In this document: piece by piece, positions 9,311 to 21,416 of the stretch
Layout: every line of letters starts with the position of its first letter
How positions within the stretch are numbered: the first letter of the stretch is position 1
Assembly: GCA_963702005.1 (NCBI GenBank)
Contig: OY969696.1
Span: forward strand, 3,936,001 to 4,000,000
Origin: Candidatus Aminicenantes bacterium
GTDB lineage: Bacteria; Acidobacteriota; Aminicenantia; Aminicenantales; JAFGBC01
DNA length: 64,000 bases
Direction: 5' to 3'
Translations under genes and position numbers: made by a program
The notes under the pieces: generated by a model
What the model was told of the DNA's origin: nothing
Database searches by the model: none
The model's input: only the letters and a program-made list of their open reading frames with translations

Positions 9311-11071
9311 CTATCGTTCGTCTCGGGATGGCAGATTCTTATACCACGTGAAGAAAAGGACGGCCGCCAGCGAGAGGGCGACGGCGAGCCAGATCCCGAA
9401 TTGTCCCCAGCGCCTGAGGAAGGCGTAAAACGTGAGCAAAGCCAGCGAGAACTGAAACACCGCCGTTAATATTCCGTTCAGGGCGTCCATGGCCGGCATC
9501 TTGTCTCGGGCGGGGACGAGCCCGCGCCGGACGGCCTCGCGCCGGACCGGCCCCCAGAATCCAAAGGGCCGGATCCTGGCGTAGAACTTAACGAGGACGT
9601 CCATGTCGGTCGGCTTGTTGAGGAAGGTCATGATGATCGTAACGACGAGGCAGAGGCCGGTGTCGACGGCCAGAGAGCCCGCCGCGCCCAACGACCTGAA
9701 CAGCATGACGCGGCCCAGGACAAGGACGACCGAGATCCCCATGCTTCCGACAAAAGCCCGGGCGCTCATCCGCCAGTAGTGCCAACGCAGGGTGGCCGGG
9801 ACGAGGATGACCGTGACCCAGATGAAGATCATAGTCTCCCAGGCCGTCACGATGTGGGTGAAGGAAAGGCTGAAAACGAATCCGATAAATAGAGCGACGA
9901 CCGAGGCGACCTGGCCGATCCGGACGAGCTGCTTCTGGCTGAAGTCGCGCCGGACGTAGCGCTTGATGAAGTCGTTGGTCACGACCGAGCTGGTGACGTT
10001 GATCATGGCCGAGATGGTCGACATCAGGGCCGCCAGCAGGACGGCCATGAACAGACCCCGCACCCCGAGCGGAAGCTTGAGGAGGACGAGCGGCATGATC
10101 TTCTCGGCATCGAAGCCGGCCGCCGACCCCAAATAGACCATTCCAAGGCAGAGGAAGGCGCAGCCGATGATCCAGCGCAGCGTATAGCCGACCGTCCACA
10201 TGCCGCCGGCCAGGGAGGCGTCGCGCGGGGAGCGCGTCGTCAGGAAAAACTGGAAGTCCCAGACGTTGGGGCCGGCCAGGACGCGGAAGATGAGCCAGAG
10301 GAAGCCCGCCAACAGGATAGGCCCAAAGGCCTCGAAGTGCCCGTAAGCGGGCGGCGTCGTCGCCGCGTAGGACGGCCACAATCGCCAGGTGGGAGCGAGC
10401 GAGAACCAGGCCGGGTCCTTTCCGGCGAGGGCGGCCGGGACCGCGCTGTTTCCGAAGACCATGAAGGACAGGATGACCGCGCCGACGGCGATCAGGAACG
10501 TCTGGAAGACGTCGGTCAGGATGACCCCGAAAAAGCCGCCCAGCGTCACATAGATCCCGACCACGATCAGGACGATGAGCGAGGATTGCCAGCGAGGGAA
10601 GGGCAGGAACTCTTCGGCGAACTTCCCGGTCCCGACCGAGATGAACATGAGGTTGAAGATCATCAGGACGAGCAGGAAGACGGCCGCGCTGAACCGGGCG
10701 TATTCGGCATCCCGGGTCGCCCCGAACCGGGTCTCGTTCCACTCGGCGAAGGTCATGACGCCGGAGCGGCGGATCCACTTGGCCTGGAAGGCCATGTAGA
10801 AGCAGATGATGAACCAACCCCAGAAGATATGGGTCGCCCACATCGACTTGAGGCCGAGGTAGAACAGAACCCCGATCATGGACATCGTGCCGCCGATGTC
10901 GATGTAGCTCGAGCAGCCCGAGAGCCCCAGCATCCACCAGGGGACGTTCCGGTCGCCCAGGTAGTAGGAGTCGATTTTCTTGGTCGCCCGCTTGCGGACC
11001 GCGAGCCCGATCAGGGCGACCAAAAGAAGGTAGACGCCGATGATGGCCAGGTCGAGGGGTGGCAGTTTCAT
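9311..11071 (-). CDS. Sodium:solute symporter family protein
   Basis: Many TM helices; YYLGDRNVPWW, VILTDVFQ, LLAALMST motifs. Confidence 0.9.
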   Translation of the reverse strand: MKLPPLDLAIIGVYLLLVALIGLAVRKRATKKIDSYYLGDRNVPWWMLGLSGCSSYIDIGGTMSMIGVLFYLGLKSMWATHIFWGWFIICFYMAFQAKWIRRSGVMTFAEWNETRFGATRDAEYARFSAAVFLLVLMIFNLMFISVGTGKFAEEFLPFPRWQSSLIVLIVVGIYVTLGGFFGVILTDVFQTFLIAVGAVILSFMVFGNSAVPAALAGKDPAWFSLAPTWRLWPSYAATTPPAYGHFEAFGPILLAGFLWLIFRVLAGPNVWDFQFFLTTRSPRDASLAGGMWTVGYTLRWIIGCAFLCLGMVYLGSAAGFDAEKIMPLVLLKLPLGVRGLFMAVLLAALMSTISAMINVTSSVVTNDFIKRYVRRDFSQKQLVRIGQVASVVALFIGFVFSLSFTHIVTAWETMIFIWVTVILVPATLRWHYWRMSARAFVGSMGISVVLVLGRVMLFRSLGAAGSLAVDTGLCLVVTIIMTFLNKPTDMDVLVKFYARIRPFGFWGPVRREAVRRGLVPARDKMPAMDALNGILTAVFQFSLALLTFYAFLRRWGQFGIWLAVALSLAAVLFFTWYKNLPSRDER

Positions 11072-11136
11072 AAGGAAAGATTTATCTCAACAGCCGGCCT
11101 CTGTCAATCGTCGCCGGCGCGGCCCCGGATCGTCCG

Positions 11137-13329
11137 TCAATGGAGGAATTTGGCGAGGACGATATCGGTTTTGCCGTTGGCGGTCGTATCATAGGCCCGC
11201 GCCGTCACCGGGAAGTTCTGGGAGTCGGTGTCGCCGGCGACATAGATATCGCCGACGCCGTCGACAACGACGGCCCGCCCGTAGTCGTACCCGGACCCGC
11301 CGAGGAACGTGGAGACGAGCAGCCGGGTCAGGGAATTGCTGAACTTGGAAACGAACATATCCTCGATTCCCGCCTCGTTGAGCGTCGTGTCGTAGGCTCC
11401 GGGCGTGGCCGGGAAGCCGGTCGAGCGGGTCCAGCCCGCGACATAGACGTTCCCGGCTTTGTTGAGGGCGATCGCATGCGCCTCGTCCTCGATTTCGCCC
11501 CCGAGGAACGTGGAGGCGAGGAGCGTCTTTAAAGCGCCGCCGAGCTTGGCGACGAACGCGTCATGGGCGTTAGGGTCGGTATCGTTGAACGTCGTGTCGT
11601 AAGCGCCCGCCGTCACGGGAAAATCCCGGGACTCGGTCCATCCGGCAAGGTAGACATTCCCCTGGCCGTCCAGGACCATGGACTGGGCGCACTCGTTCTC
11701 CTCCCCTCCCAGAAACGTGGATGCGACCAAGGTCGAGAGCGCCGCGTCGAACTTCGCAACAAAGACGTCGCCGAAATCATCAAGAGTCCGGGCATAGGCG
11801 CCCGGCGTCGTCGGGAAGTCTCTCGAAAACGTCCAGCCGCTCACATAGACGTAGCCGGAGGAGGTGACGGCGCAGGACAGTCCTTCTTCGGGGTTTTTGC
11901 TCGTTCCGCCCAGGAAGGTCGAAGCCCGAAGTCTGGATAGGGCGCGGTCGAACGAGGAGATAAAAACATCGGGATAACCGTTGTAGGTTGTGTCATAGGC
12001 TCCCGTGGTGACCGGATATCGTTTGGACGCGGTCGTCCCGGTCAGATAGACGTTCTCCGCGGCGTCGAGGGCCAGGGCGTAAGCGCTCTCCCAATAATCC
12101 GCGCCGATCAAGGTTGAGGCTAGGATTCGATTGAGGCCGGCGTTGAGCCGGAGGACGAAGACATCCTGGTTTCCGTTCGGGGTTGTGTCATAGGCGCCGA
12201 CGGTCGTCGGAAAGTTGGGGCAGTTTGAAGCGCCCGCCACGAAAACGGCTCCGCTGGCTCCCACGGCCATGGCGTTCACAACGTTGACGGCGAATCCGGT
12301 CCCGGCTTTATCCCCGCCGATATAAGTCGAAGCCAGCAGGACGCTCAGGTCGCTCTTGAGCTTGAAAACGAAGGCAAGGTATTTTCGTTTTTTCGAGTCG
12401 AGCGTATAGCCCGCCCCTAGGATATTTCCTTTGCCGTCGACGGCCAAGGCCCTGACATGATCCTCGATAGACGTCCCCAGGTAGGTCGAAGCGAGCAAGG
12501 TCTCGAGGGTGGGGTCGATGATCAAGGGACGGGCGGCATCATAAGGTTCCAGGACCCGGAACCCGTAGACGTTTTCGCCTTTCTTATCGTAGGCGACCAA
12601 CACGGGCCGACGCGCTCCGTCTCTCTCCTGATAGGCGAGCGGAGCCGTCTGGGCGACCCGCCCCAGCTCCGTGGCGATGACGAGCCTTCCCTCGGGAGAA
12701 ATCTCCAAACCCAGCGCTCCCTCAATCCCGATCCTGATCCGTCCCGGGTCCGCTCCCGGCTCGCAGGTAAAAACCTTCTCAGCGTTCCCTCCCGACGCCT
12801 TGATCTCGATCCCGATACCGGGCCAAACCTCTCCCAACGAGACGCTCTGATAGGATGGGACATCCGCCCGCCAGGCGGCCGGATCATTCCCCACGAAAAA
12901 GGAGACCTTGGTCGGAGATTTCAATCCTCCTCTCGGCTCGAAAGAAAGAGACCGGCCTGCGGCATCTAGAAACATTTCCTTGAGGACGGCCGTTCGGATG
13001 CGCGGATCGATCTCGAGGCTTTCACCGCCCCGCATTGAACGCAAAGATACCGGCTCGGCGCCCCTCTCGACTTTGCCCAGGGAGAACACCAAGGCTTCGC
13101 TCGTGACATCGAGCCTCCCGCAGAAGAGATCGGCCGAGAACCGAACGGCCCGATCGGACTGTCCCTGATTGACGACAAACGGCACCGAAAGGCCGGCCAG
13201 CTCCGCCCGGGTCAAGCCCGTCGAAAGCGCCCGGGAAGAGGCCGCCCCCGAAGTAGATGGCCCCAGAGATATCGCCAGCAAAGCCAGGATCCCCCCCGCC
13301 AGGAAAAGCCGTCCGTAGGATCTAGGCAT
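11137..13329 (-). CDS. Secreted SBBP-repeat beta-propeller protein
   Basis: Signal peptide; repeated LLASTFLGG..D.A.ALA.D..GNVYVAG.T.S.DFP.T.GAYD units. Confidence 0.88.
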   Translation of the reverse strand: MPRSYGRLFLAGGILALLAISLGPSTSGAASSRALSTGLTRAELAGLSVPFVVNQGQSDRAVRFSADLFCGRLDVTSEALVFSLGKVERGAEPVSLRSMRGGESLEIDPRIRTAVLKEMFLDAAGRSLSFEPRGGLKSPTKVSFFVGNDPAAWRADVPSYQSVSLGEVWPGIGIEIKASGGNAEKVFTCEPGADPGRIRIGIEGALGLEISPEGRLVIATELGRVAQTAPLAYQERDGARRPVLVAYDKKGENVYGFRVLEPYDAARPLIIDPTLETLLASTYLGTSIEDHVRALAVDGKGNILGAGYTLDSKKRKYLAFVFKLKSDLSVLLASTYIGGDKAGTGFAVNVVNAMAVGASGAVFVAGASNCPNFPTTVGAYDTTPNGNQDVFVLRLNAGLNRILASTLIGADYWESAYALALDAAENVYLTGTTASKRYPVTTGAYDTTYNGYPDVFISSFDRALSRLRASTFLGGTSKNPEEGLSCAVTSSGYVYVSGWTFSRDFPTTPGAYARTLDDFGDVFVAKFDAALSTLVASTFLGGEENECAQSMVLDGQGNVYLAGWTESRDFPVTAGAYDTTFNDTDPNAHDAFVAKLGGALKTLLASTFLGGEIEDEAHAIALNKAGNVYVAGWTRSTGFPATPGAYDTTLNEAGIEDMFVSKFSNSLTRLLVSTFLGGSGYDYGRAVVVDGVGDIYVAGDTDSQNFPVTARAYDTTANGKTDIVLAKFLH

Positions 13330-13386
13330 TGACCCCTCCGCTCGCTTACCAGGATGCTTCCATTATGCTTTCCGCCTCGGGGAGAG

Positions 13387-13646
13387 TCAACCCCGCGACT
13401 CCCCGGCATGAATGCCGGCACCCATGAACCGTATCCGGTTCATGAGTACTGCAAGGCTGGGCTTGTTCGGGGTTAACCCTGAGCCTACTCAGCCCCATTC
13501 CTTCTAAAAGGGCTGAGTACAAAAGTGTCGCTTCTCGTCCCCGCCCCGAAGCTCCACGGACTCACGTCCGTTGGAGCGCCTGTACTCATGAACCGTTTCC
13601 GGTTCATGAGTGTTGAAAGGCGGGGTGGCGTTGGCGAACGGGTCAA
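13387..13646. mobile_element. Non-autonomous IS200/IS605-like miniature element, copy 1, with nested palindrome insertions
   Basis: Shares its whole frame with 53011-53162 (TCAACCCC...CCCCGGCATGAATGCCGG...CCCCGCC..GGCGGGG...CGAACGGGTCAA), plus two inserts. Confidence 0.75.
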
Positions 13647-13709
13647 CGGCCCGCCTTAACAACCCGTCGAAAACATGCTACAATAGCGTTCCCAAAGGAA
13701 CGTAAGATT

Positions 13710-15545
<1,836 letters not shown>

Positions 15546-15579
15546 AGGATGAAACACTAAGGATCGAGACGCAGGAACC

Positions 15580-16467
15580 GTGAGACAGGAGATTCGCTTC
15601 CGGACGAGGGACCGAGGGTTCCTTCTCGGGCGGCGAACCTGGCTGATGGGAATCCTCAACGTCACCCCCGACTCCTTTTCAGACGGCGGGCTGTTTCAGG
15701 ACCCGGAGGCGGCCGTCGAGAGGGGGCTGGCCTTGGCCGCCGACGGCGCCGACATCATCGACGTCGGCGGCGAGAGCACCCGTCCCGGCGCCGACGAGGT
15801 CCCGGTCGCTGAGGAGATTCGCCGAGTCATCCCGGTCGTGGCCGGCCTCCGGAAGCGCTCGCAAGCCCTGATCTCGGTCGACACGACCAAGTCCGAGGTC
15901 GCCCGGCGCGCTCTCGAGGCGGGCGCGGACATCATCAACGACGTCAGCGCCCTCCGCTTCGATCCGGACCTGGCCGGCGTCATCGCCGAGGCGCGGGTCG
16001 GCCTCATCCTCATGCATATGAAGGGCACGCCCCGGACGATGCAGGTCGCCCCCTTCTATGAGGACCTCCTGGCCGAGGTCCGCGGCTTCCTCGACAGCCG
16101 TCTCCAGGAGGCGGTGGCGGCCGGGATCTCGGCCGAAAGCGTCCTCCTCGACCCCGGGATCGGGTTCGGGAAACGGGTCGAACACAACCTGACACTCATC
16201 AACCGGCTCGAAGTCTTCGCGGACCTGGGACGTCCGCTCGTCCTGGGATCCTCCCGGAAATCGTTCATCGGCAAGATCCTCAACGCGCCGCCCCAAGAAC
16301 GGCTCGAGGGGACGATCGCCTCGGCCGTCTTCGGCGTCGTCCGCGGAGCCCACATCCTCCGCGTCCACGACGTCCGGGAAGTCGGCCGGGCCGTCCGGAT
16401 CGCAGAGGCCATCCGGGACGAGGCGCCCGAACCCGACGCCAAAGGACACGTCCGCTATGTCAGCTAA
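15580..16467 (+). CDS. folP: Dihydropteroate synthase
   Basis: MGILNVTPDSFSDGG, GGESTRPG, DPGIGFGK, SRKSF. Confidence 0.97.
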   Translation: MRQEIRFRTRDRGFLLGRRTWLMGILNVTPDSFSDGGLFQDPEAAVERGLALAADGADIIDVGGESTRPGADEVPVAEEIRRVIPVVAGLRKRSQALISVDTTKSEVARRALEAGADIINDVSALRFDPDLAGVIAEARVGLILMHMKGTPRTMQVAPFYEDLLAEVRGFLDSRLQEAVAAGISAESVLLDPGIGFGKRVEHNLTLINRLEVFADLGRPLVLGSSRKSFIGKILNAPPQERLEGTIASAVFGVVRGAHILRVHDVREVGRAVRIAEAIRDEAPEPDAKGHVRYVS

Positions 16468-17230
16468 CGCCTGGCATGCCCTGACCCACATCAAGCTCAC
16501 GGATGTTTTCGACATCCTCCTCGTCGCCGTCATCCTTTATTCCTTCTTCCGGCTCATTCAGGAGACCAAAGCCTACCAGATGGTCATCGGCCTGGCCGTC
16601 ATCGGCGTCCTGTTCTTCGTCAGCCGTTGGGCCCGGCTGTCCGTCTCCCAGTGGCTCATCAAGAATTTCCTGTCCTACCTTATCATCGCCATCATCGTCC
16701 TCTTCCAGGGCGAAATCCGGCGCTTCCTGATCGGCCTCGGCTCACGGACCTTCCGGAATCCGCTCGCCCTGCGTTCTTTCCAGGAGAAGATCGAGGACCT
16801 GTTTCTGGCCGTCGATTTCATGTCCCAGCGGAAGATCGGGGCCCTGATCGCCATCACCAAGGAGATCTCCCTCAAGGCCTTCGCCGACCGGGGGACCAAG
16901 CTGGACGCCGTCTTGTCCAAGGACCTCCTGGTCAGCATCTTCAGCACGCAGTCGCCCCTCCACGACGGCGCCGTCATCGTCGAGGGGAACAAGATCCTGG
17001 CCGCGGGCTGCCTCCTCCCCCTGCCGGCTTCCCATAACCTTCGCGACGACCTTGTGGCCCGGACCCGCCACCTGTCGGCCCTCGGCCTTTCCCAGGAAAC
17101 GGACGCGGCCGTCATCGTCGTCTCCGAGCAGACCGGGGACCTGACCTTGGCCGCCCGGGGCCGGCTCGAGCGCGTCCCGGACATCGATGCCTTCAAGGCC
17201 CGGCTGATGGAGTACCTGAAGCTCCCATGA
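16457..17230 (+). CDS. cdaA: Diadenylate cyclase CdaA
   Basis: Three TMs, FQGEIRR, SPLHDGA, ETDAAVIVVSE; followed by cdaR and glmM. Confidence 0.92.
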   Translation: MSANAWHALTHIKLTDVFDILLVAVILYSFFRLIQETKAYQMVIGLAVIGVLFFVSRWARLSVSQWLIKNFLSYLIIAIIVLFQGEIRRFLIGLGSRTFRNPLALRSFQEKIEDLFLAVDFMSQRKIGALIAITKEISLKAFADRGTKLDAVLSKDLLVSIFSTQSPLHDGAVIVEGNKILAAGCLLPLPASHNLRDDLVARTRHLSALGLSQETDAAVIVVSEQTGDLTLAARGRLERVPDIDAFKARLMEYLKLP

Positions 17231-17925
17231 GAAAAATCAGGCGCTGGCTGTCCCGGAACTGGGGGCTGAAGCTCCTGGCCTTCCTGCTCGCCCTCGTCCT
17301 CTGGCTGACCCTCATCCCCGAGGAGAGGACGTTCTCGGAGAAGAGCCTGACCATCCCCCTCGAGACCCACAACCTCCCGGCCGACATGGAGCTCGTCGAG
17401 CGTCCCCCCGCCGTGATCGACCTGACCGTACGCGCCCCGAACCGTCTCATCGATCAAATCACCCCCGCCAACGTCTTCGCCAAGCTCAACCTGGCCAACG
17501 CCAACCTCGCCCAGCAGGAGTATCCCCTCAACGAGTCCATGATCAGCGTCCCGGCCGGCGCTACGGTCACCAAGATCTACCCGAGCAAGGTCCGTCTCCG
17601 GCTCGAGCGAACCCAGCAGGCCGAGCTGGAGATCGTCCCCGAGCTCATCGGCGAACTCCGGGAAGGACTCCGGATCGAGCGGGTCGAGGTCGTCCCGGCC
17701 ACGGTCATCGTCAAGGGCCCCGAGAACCGGATCAAGAAGAAGGACCGGGTCCGGACGACGCCGATCGACATCTCGGCCTTCACCCAATCAAACGAGGTCG
17801 AGGCCGACCTCATCCTGCCCCACCCGGACCTTCGCCTGGCCTCATCCCAAACGCGGGTCAAGGTCCGCATCATCATCGGCGGCCTCGAGACCGCGCCCGC
17901 TAACGGAAAAACGAAAAAGGACTGA
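17227..17925 (+). CDS. cdaR: CdaR/YbbR-like regulator
   Basis: NWGLKLLAFLLALVLW anchor plus YbbR-like repeats; operon position. Confidence 0.88.
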   Translation: MRKIRRWLSRNWGLKLLAFLLALVLWLTLIPEERTFSEKSLTIPLETHNLPADMELVERPPAVIDLTVRAPNRLIDQITPANVFAKLNLANANLAQQEYPLNESMISVPAGATVTKIYPSKVRLRLERTQQAELEIVPELIGELREGLRIERVEVVPATVIVKGPENRIKKKDRVRTTPIDISAFTQSNEVEADLILPHPDLRLASSQTRVKVRIIIGGLETAPANGKTKKD

Positions 17926-17933
17926 TTTCGTCC

Positions 17934-19277
17934 ATGCCCAAGCTGTTCGGGACCGACGGGATCCGCGCCGTCGCCGGAGAATTTCCGCTCGATCCCGTAT
18001 CCTGCCGAATCCTAGGGTCGGCCCTGGTTCGCCTCCTCGCGGAACGCGGGCGTGGCGGCCGCATCCTGATCGGCCGTGACACGCGGGAATCCGGGGACTG
18101 GATCGAACTGGCCTTAATTGCCGGGATCAAGGCGGCGCGCGGGGAAGCGGCCCTGACCGGCGTCATCCCGACCTCGGCCGTCTCTTTCCTGGCCCGTAAG
18201 CACCGCTTCGCGGCCGGGATCGTCATCTCCGCGTCCCACAACCCGTTCCGCGACAACGGGATCAAGATCTTCTCGCCGGAAGGGCTTAAGATCCCCGACG
18301 ACTGGGAGAATACCCTCGAGGCCGCGATCCAGTCCAAAAAAGATCCGGCGTCTGAGGCTTCGGAAGAGGAGCCCCGCCCCCTGCCCGATCCGTCCTACGG
18401 CGAGGACTATATCGAATTCCTCAAGACCCGCCTCTCGCTCAAGTTTCCGTTTCCCTTCAAGATCGTCGTCGATTGCGCCAACGGCGCGAGCTCGGCCTAC
18501 GCGCCCCGGATCCTCAAGGAGCTCGGGTTCGAGGTCGTCGCCCTCCATTGTTCCCCCGACGGCCGGAACATCAACCAAGACTGCGGTTCCCTTCATCCCG
18601 AGCGCTTGGCTGAAAGAGTATTGGAAACGAAGGCCGCCATCGGGATCGCATTGGACGGGGACGCGGACCGGGCCGTCTGGGTGGACGAGACCGGCGCCAT
18701 CCTCAACGGCGACCACACCCTCTTTGTATTAGCGCAACGGATGAACGAGAAAGGGCGGCTGGCGGCGCATCAGGTCGTGGCGACGACCATGAGCAATATG
18801 GGTCTGGAGGCCGCTTTGGAAAGGCTGGGGATCCGCCTCCTCCGGACGCGGGTGGGCGACAAGTACATTTTCGAGGAGTTGGTCAGGTCCGGCTCCAACT
18901 TGGGCGGCGAGCGTTCGGGCCATACGATCCTCCTCGATGACGCGCCGACCGGGGACGGCATCCTGACCAGCCTCCGAATGCTCGAGGCCATGGTCGAAAC
19001 CGGCCTCCCCCTTTCGGCCCTTAAGGCCGGTTTCGAGGAGTATCCCCAGATCCTCCTCAACGTCCGCGTCAATAAAAAGACTCCCTTCGAAGAGATCGTC
19101 GAAATCCGGGCCGCGATCCAGAAGGTCGAGAGGGCTCTCGCCGATTCCGGCCGCCTCGACATCCGCTACTCGGGGACCGAATCCGTGGCCAGGATCATGG
19201 TCGAGGGCCGGGATAAAGCCGAGATCGAACGTCTGGCCCAGGATCTGGCCGCGATCGTCTCCGACCGCTTGGGCTGA
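17934..19277 (+). CDS. glmM: Phosphoglucosamine mutase
   Basis: LFGTDGIR, ISASHNP, DGDADR, RYSGTE. Confidence 0.97.
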   Translation: MPKLFGTDGIRAVAGEFPLDPVSCRILGSALVRLLAERGRGGRILIGRDTRESGDWIELALIAGIKAARGEAALTGVIPTSAVSFLARKHRFAAGIVISASHNPFRDNGIKIFSPEGLKIPDDWENTLEAAIQSKKDPASEASEEEPRPLPDPSYGEDYIEFLKTRLSLKFPFPFKIVVDCANGASSAYAPRILKELGFEVVALHCSPDGRNINQDCGSLHPERLAERVLETKAAIGIALDGDADRAVWVDETGAILNGDHTLFVLAQRMNEKGRLAAHQVVATTMSNMGLEAALERLGIRLLRTRVGDKYIFEELVRSGSNLGGERSGHTILLDDAPTGDGILTSLRMLEAMVETGLPLSALKAGFEEYPQILLNVRVNKKTPFEEIVEIRAAIQKVERALADSGRLDIRYSGTESVARIMVEGRDKAEIERLAQDLAAIVSDRLG

Positions 19278-19292
19278 GAGAAGGAGGTCCCG

Positions 19293-20009
19293 ATGCGTCT
19301 CGCCGTCAACATCGACCATTTCGCGACTCTCCGCCAGGCGCGACGGGCCGACGAGCCCGAACCGGTCCTGGCCGCCCTCCTGGCCGAGCAGGCCGGCGCC
19401 TGCGGAATCGTGACCCACCTCCGGGGCGACCGCCGCCATATCCAGGACCGGGACCTTCGGGTTCTGAGGGCCGTCCTCAAGACCAAGCTCAACCTTGAAA
19501 TGGCGGCGACGGCCGAGATGAAGGCGATCGCCCTCGAAGTCAAGCCGGACGTCGTCTCCCTCGTTCCCGAGCGGCCCGAAGAGCTGACGACCCAAGGCGG
19601 CCTCGATGTCACCGCCCGGCGCAGGGAACTCGGCCCTTTCATCAAGTCGCTGAGGGAGGCCGGCATCCGCGTCAGCATTTTCATCGACCCCGATCCGGTC
19701 CGGATCAAGGCCGCCCGGGAGCTCGGCGTCGACCTCGCCGAGATCAACACGGGCCTGTACGCGGAACTCAAGGCCGGCCCGCCCCGGGACAAAGCCCTGG
19801 ACGGCGTCCGGGCGGCGGCCGCCCTTGGCCGCAAGCTCGGCCTCGAGGTCCACGCCGGCCACGGCCTGGACTACCGGAACGTGGCGCCCATCGTCGCCGT
19901 CCCGGAGATCGAGGAACTCAGCATCGGGTTTTCGATCGTGGCCCGCTCCGCCATCGTCGGCATCCAGGCCGCGGTCCGCGAGATGAGAGCTCTGATCGAA
20001 GTCCGATGA
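19293..20009 (+). CDS. pdxJ: Pyridoxine 5'-phosphate synthase
   Basis: VNIDHFATLRQAR, DRRHI, LNLEMA, HAGHGL. Confidence 0.97.
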   Translation: MRLAVNIDHFATLRQARRADEPEPVLAALLAEQAGACGIVTHLRGDRRHIQDRDLRVLRAVLKTKLNLEMAATAEMKAIALEVKPDVVSLVPERPEELTTQGGLDVTARRRELGPFIKSLREAGIRVSIFIDPDPVRIKAARELGVDLAEINTGLYAELKAGPPRDKALDGVRAAAALGRKLGLEVHAGHGLDYRNVAPIVAVPEIEELSIGFSIVARSAIVGIQAAVREMRALIEVR

Positions 20010-21232
20010 GCCTCCGGATCGACCTCGACCGCCTCCGCAATGACCTCGAGGAGCTCGGCCGGTTCGGACGGGACCCGCGGGGCGGCGTCAGCCGGCCCTC
20101 CTTCAGCCGGGCCGATTTCGAGGCCCGCGACTGGCTCAAGGGAAGGATCCGGGAAGCGAGCCTCGAACTGCGCGAGGACGGGGCGGGGAACATCTTCGGC
20201 CGCCTGCCCGGATCGGGTCGGGTCGTCTGCGCCGGCTCCCACATCGACACCGTCGTCAACGGCGGAATGTTCGACGGAGCGGTGGGGGTACTGGCCGCCC
20301 TCGAGTGTCTGCGCCGAGTCCGGGAGGAAGGCCTGACGCCCGGGAAGACGATGGAGGTCGCCTCGTTCACGGACGAGGAAGGAAACCTCGTCGGCGACTT
20401 CCTGGGCAGCCGGGCCTTCGCCGGCCTGATCGATCCCGACGCCCTCCGCGCCGGACAGACTTCGTTCGGGATGCCTTTGAAAGACATCCTGGCCGGGACC
20501 GCTTTCACGCCCGAAACGATCCTCGGAGCGCGCAACGAGCGTCCCGATCTCGAAGCCTACCTCGAGCTCCACATTGAGCAGGGCCCCGTCCTCGATACGG
20601 AAGACGTCCCCATCGGAATCGTCGAGGCCATCGCCGGAAAAATCTGGCGCCTGTGCTCGTTCTCGGGACGGGCGGGCCATGCCGGAACGACGCCGCTCGA
20701 GCTCCGGCGGGACGCGTTCCTGGGCTTGGCAGATTTCGCCCAGAAGGCGACCCGGCTTGCGGCGGCCGAGCACGAGGGGAGCGTCGTGACGATCGGAAAG
20801 ATCACGGCCCATCCCGGCGCCTTCAGCATCATCCCCGGCCAGGTCGATTTCAGTCTCGACGCCCGGAGCGTTTCCGCGGACGGTCTGGCGGAGCTGGAGC
20901 GGGCGCTCCTCGCCCTGGCCGCCGACATCGCCTCGACCCGGGGCCTGACCTTCGCCTCCAAGCTTGTCGACAGGACGGAGCCCGTTCGGATTCCGGACCG
21001 GATCAAGGACCTCTTGAAAGAAGAAGCGGCAAGGCTCGGCTACAAAACGTTCTCCCTTCCAAGCGGCGCCGGCCACGACGCCCAGATCGTGGCCTCCCTG
21101 TGCGAGGCCGGGATGATCTTCATCCCCAGCCCGGACGGGATCAGCCACTCTCCCGAAGAGTCCATCCGCTGGGAGGACCTGGAGAAAGGCGCCAACCTTC
21201 TTCTGGCCGCCTGGCTCCGCCTGGCCGGCTGA
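20006..21232 (+). CDS. M20 family amidohydrolase (N-carbamoyl-L-amino-acid/allantoate type)
   Basis: GSHIDTV, FDGAVG, DEEG, ELHIEQG, HAGTTP, SGAGHD. Confidence 0.92.
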   Translation: MSLRIDLDRLRNDLEELGRFGRDPRGGVSRPSFSRADFEARDWLKGRIREASLELREDGAGNIFGRLPGSGRVVCAGSHIDTVVNGGMFDGAVGVLAALECLRRVREEGLTPGKTMEVASFTDEEGNLVGDFLGSRAFAGLIDPDALRAGQTSFGMPLKDILAGTAFTPETILGARNERPDLEAYLELHIEQGPVLDTEDVPIGIVEAIAGKIWRLCSFSGRAGHAGTTPLELRRDAFLGLADFAQKATRLAAAEHEGSVVTIGKITAHPGAFSIIPGQVDFSLDARSVSADGLAELERALLALAADIASTRGLTFASKLVDRTEPVRIPDRIKDLLKEEAARLGYKTFSLPSGAGHDAQIVASLCEAGMIFIPSPDGISHSPEESIRWEDLEKGANLLLAAWLRLAG

Positions 21233-21416
21233 CCGGCCGTCGCGCTCAATCTTTGTAAAACATCCATCTGCCCCAGACAGGCTCAGCTGATGGGGCTCGA
21301 AGAACGCAAGGGCTCGGGAAAGTCGACTCGAAAGCACACTTCACCCCATCAGCTTCGCCTGTCCCCCCATAAGAGTCTCTCTGTGCTCCGGCGGCGGTCA
21401 ATTCATCCCCGAAACT

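Noticed and set aside
11137-12500. Periodic repeats that might be a CRISPR array
   Set aside because: They are degenerate coding SBBP repeats within one ORF; there are no identical repeats with spacers and no cas genes.
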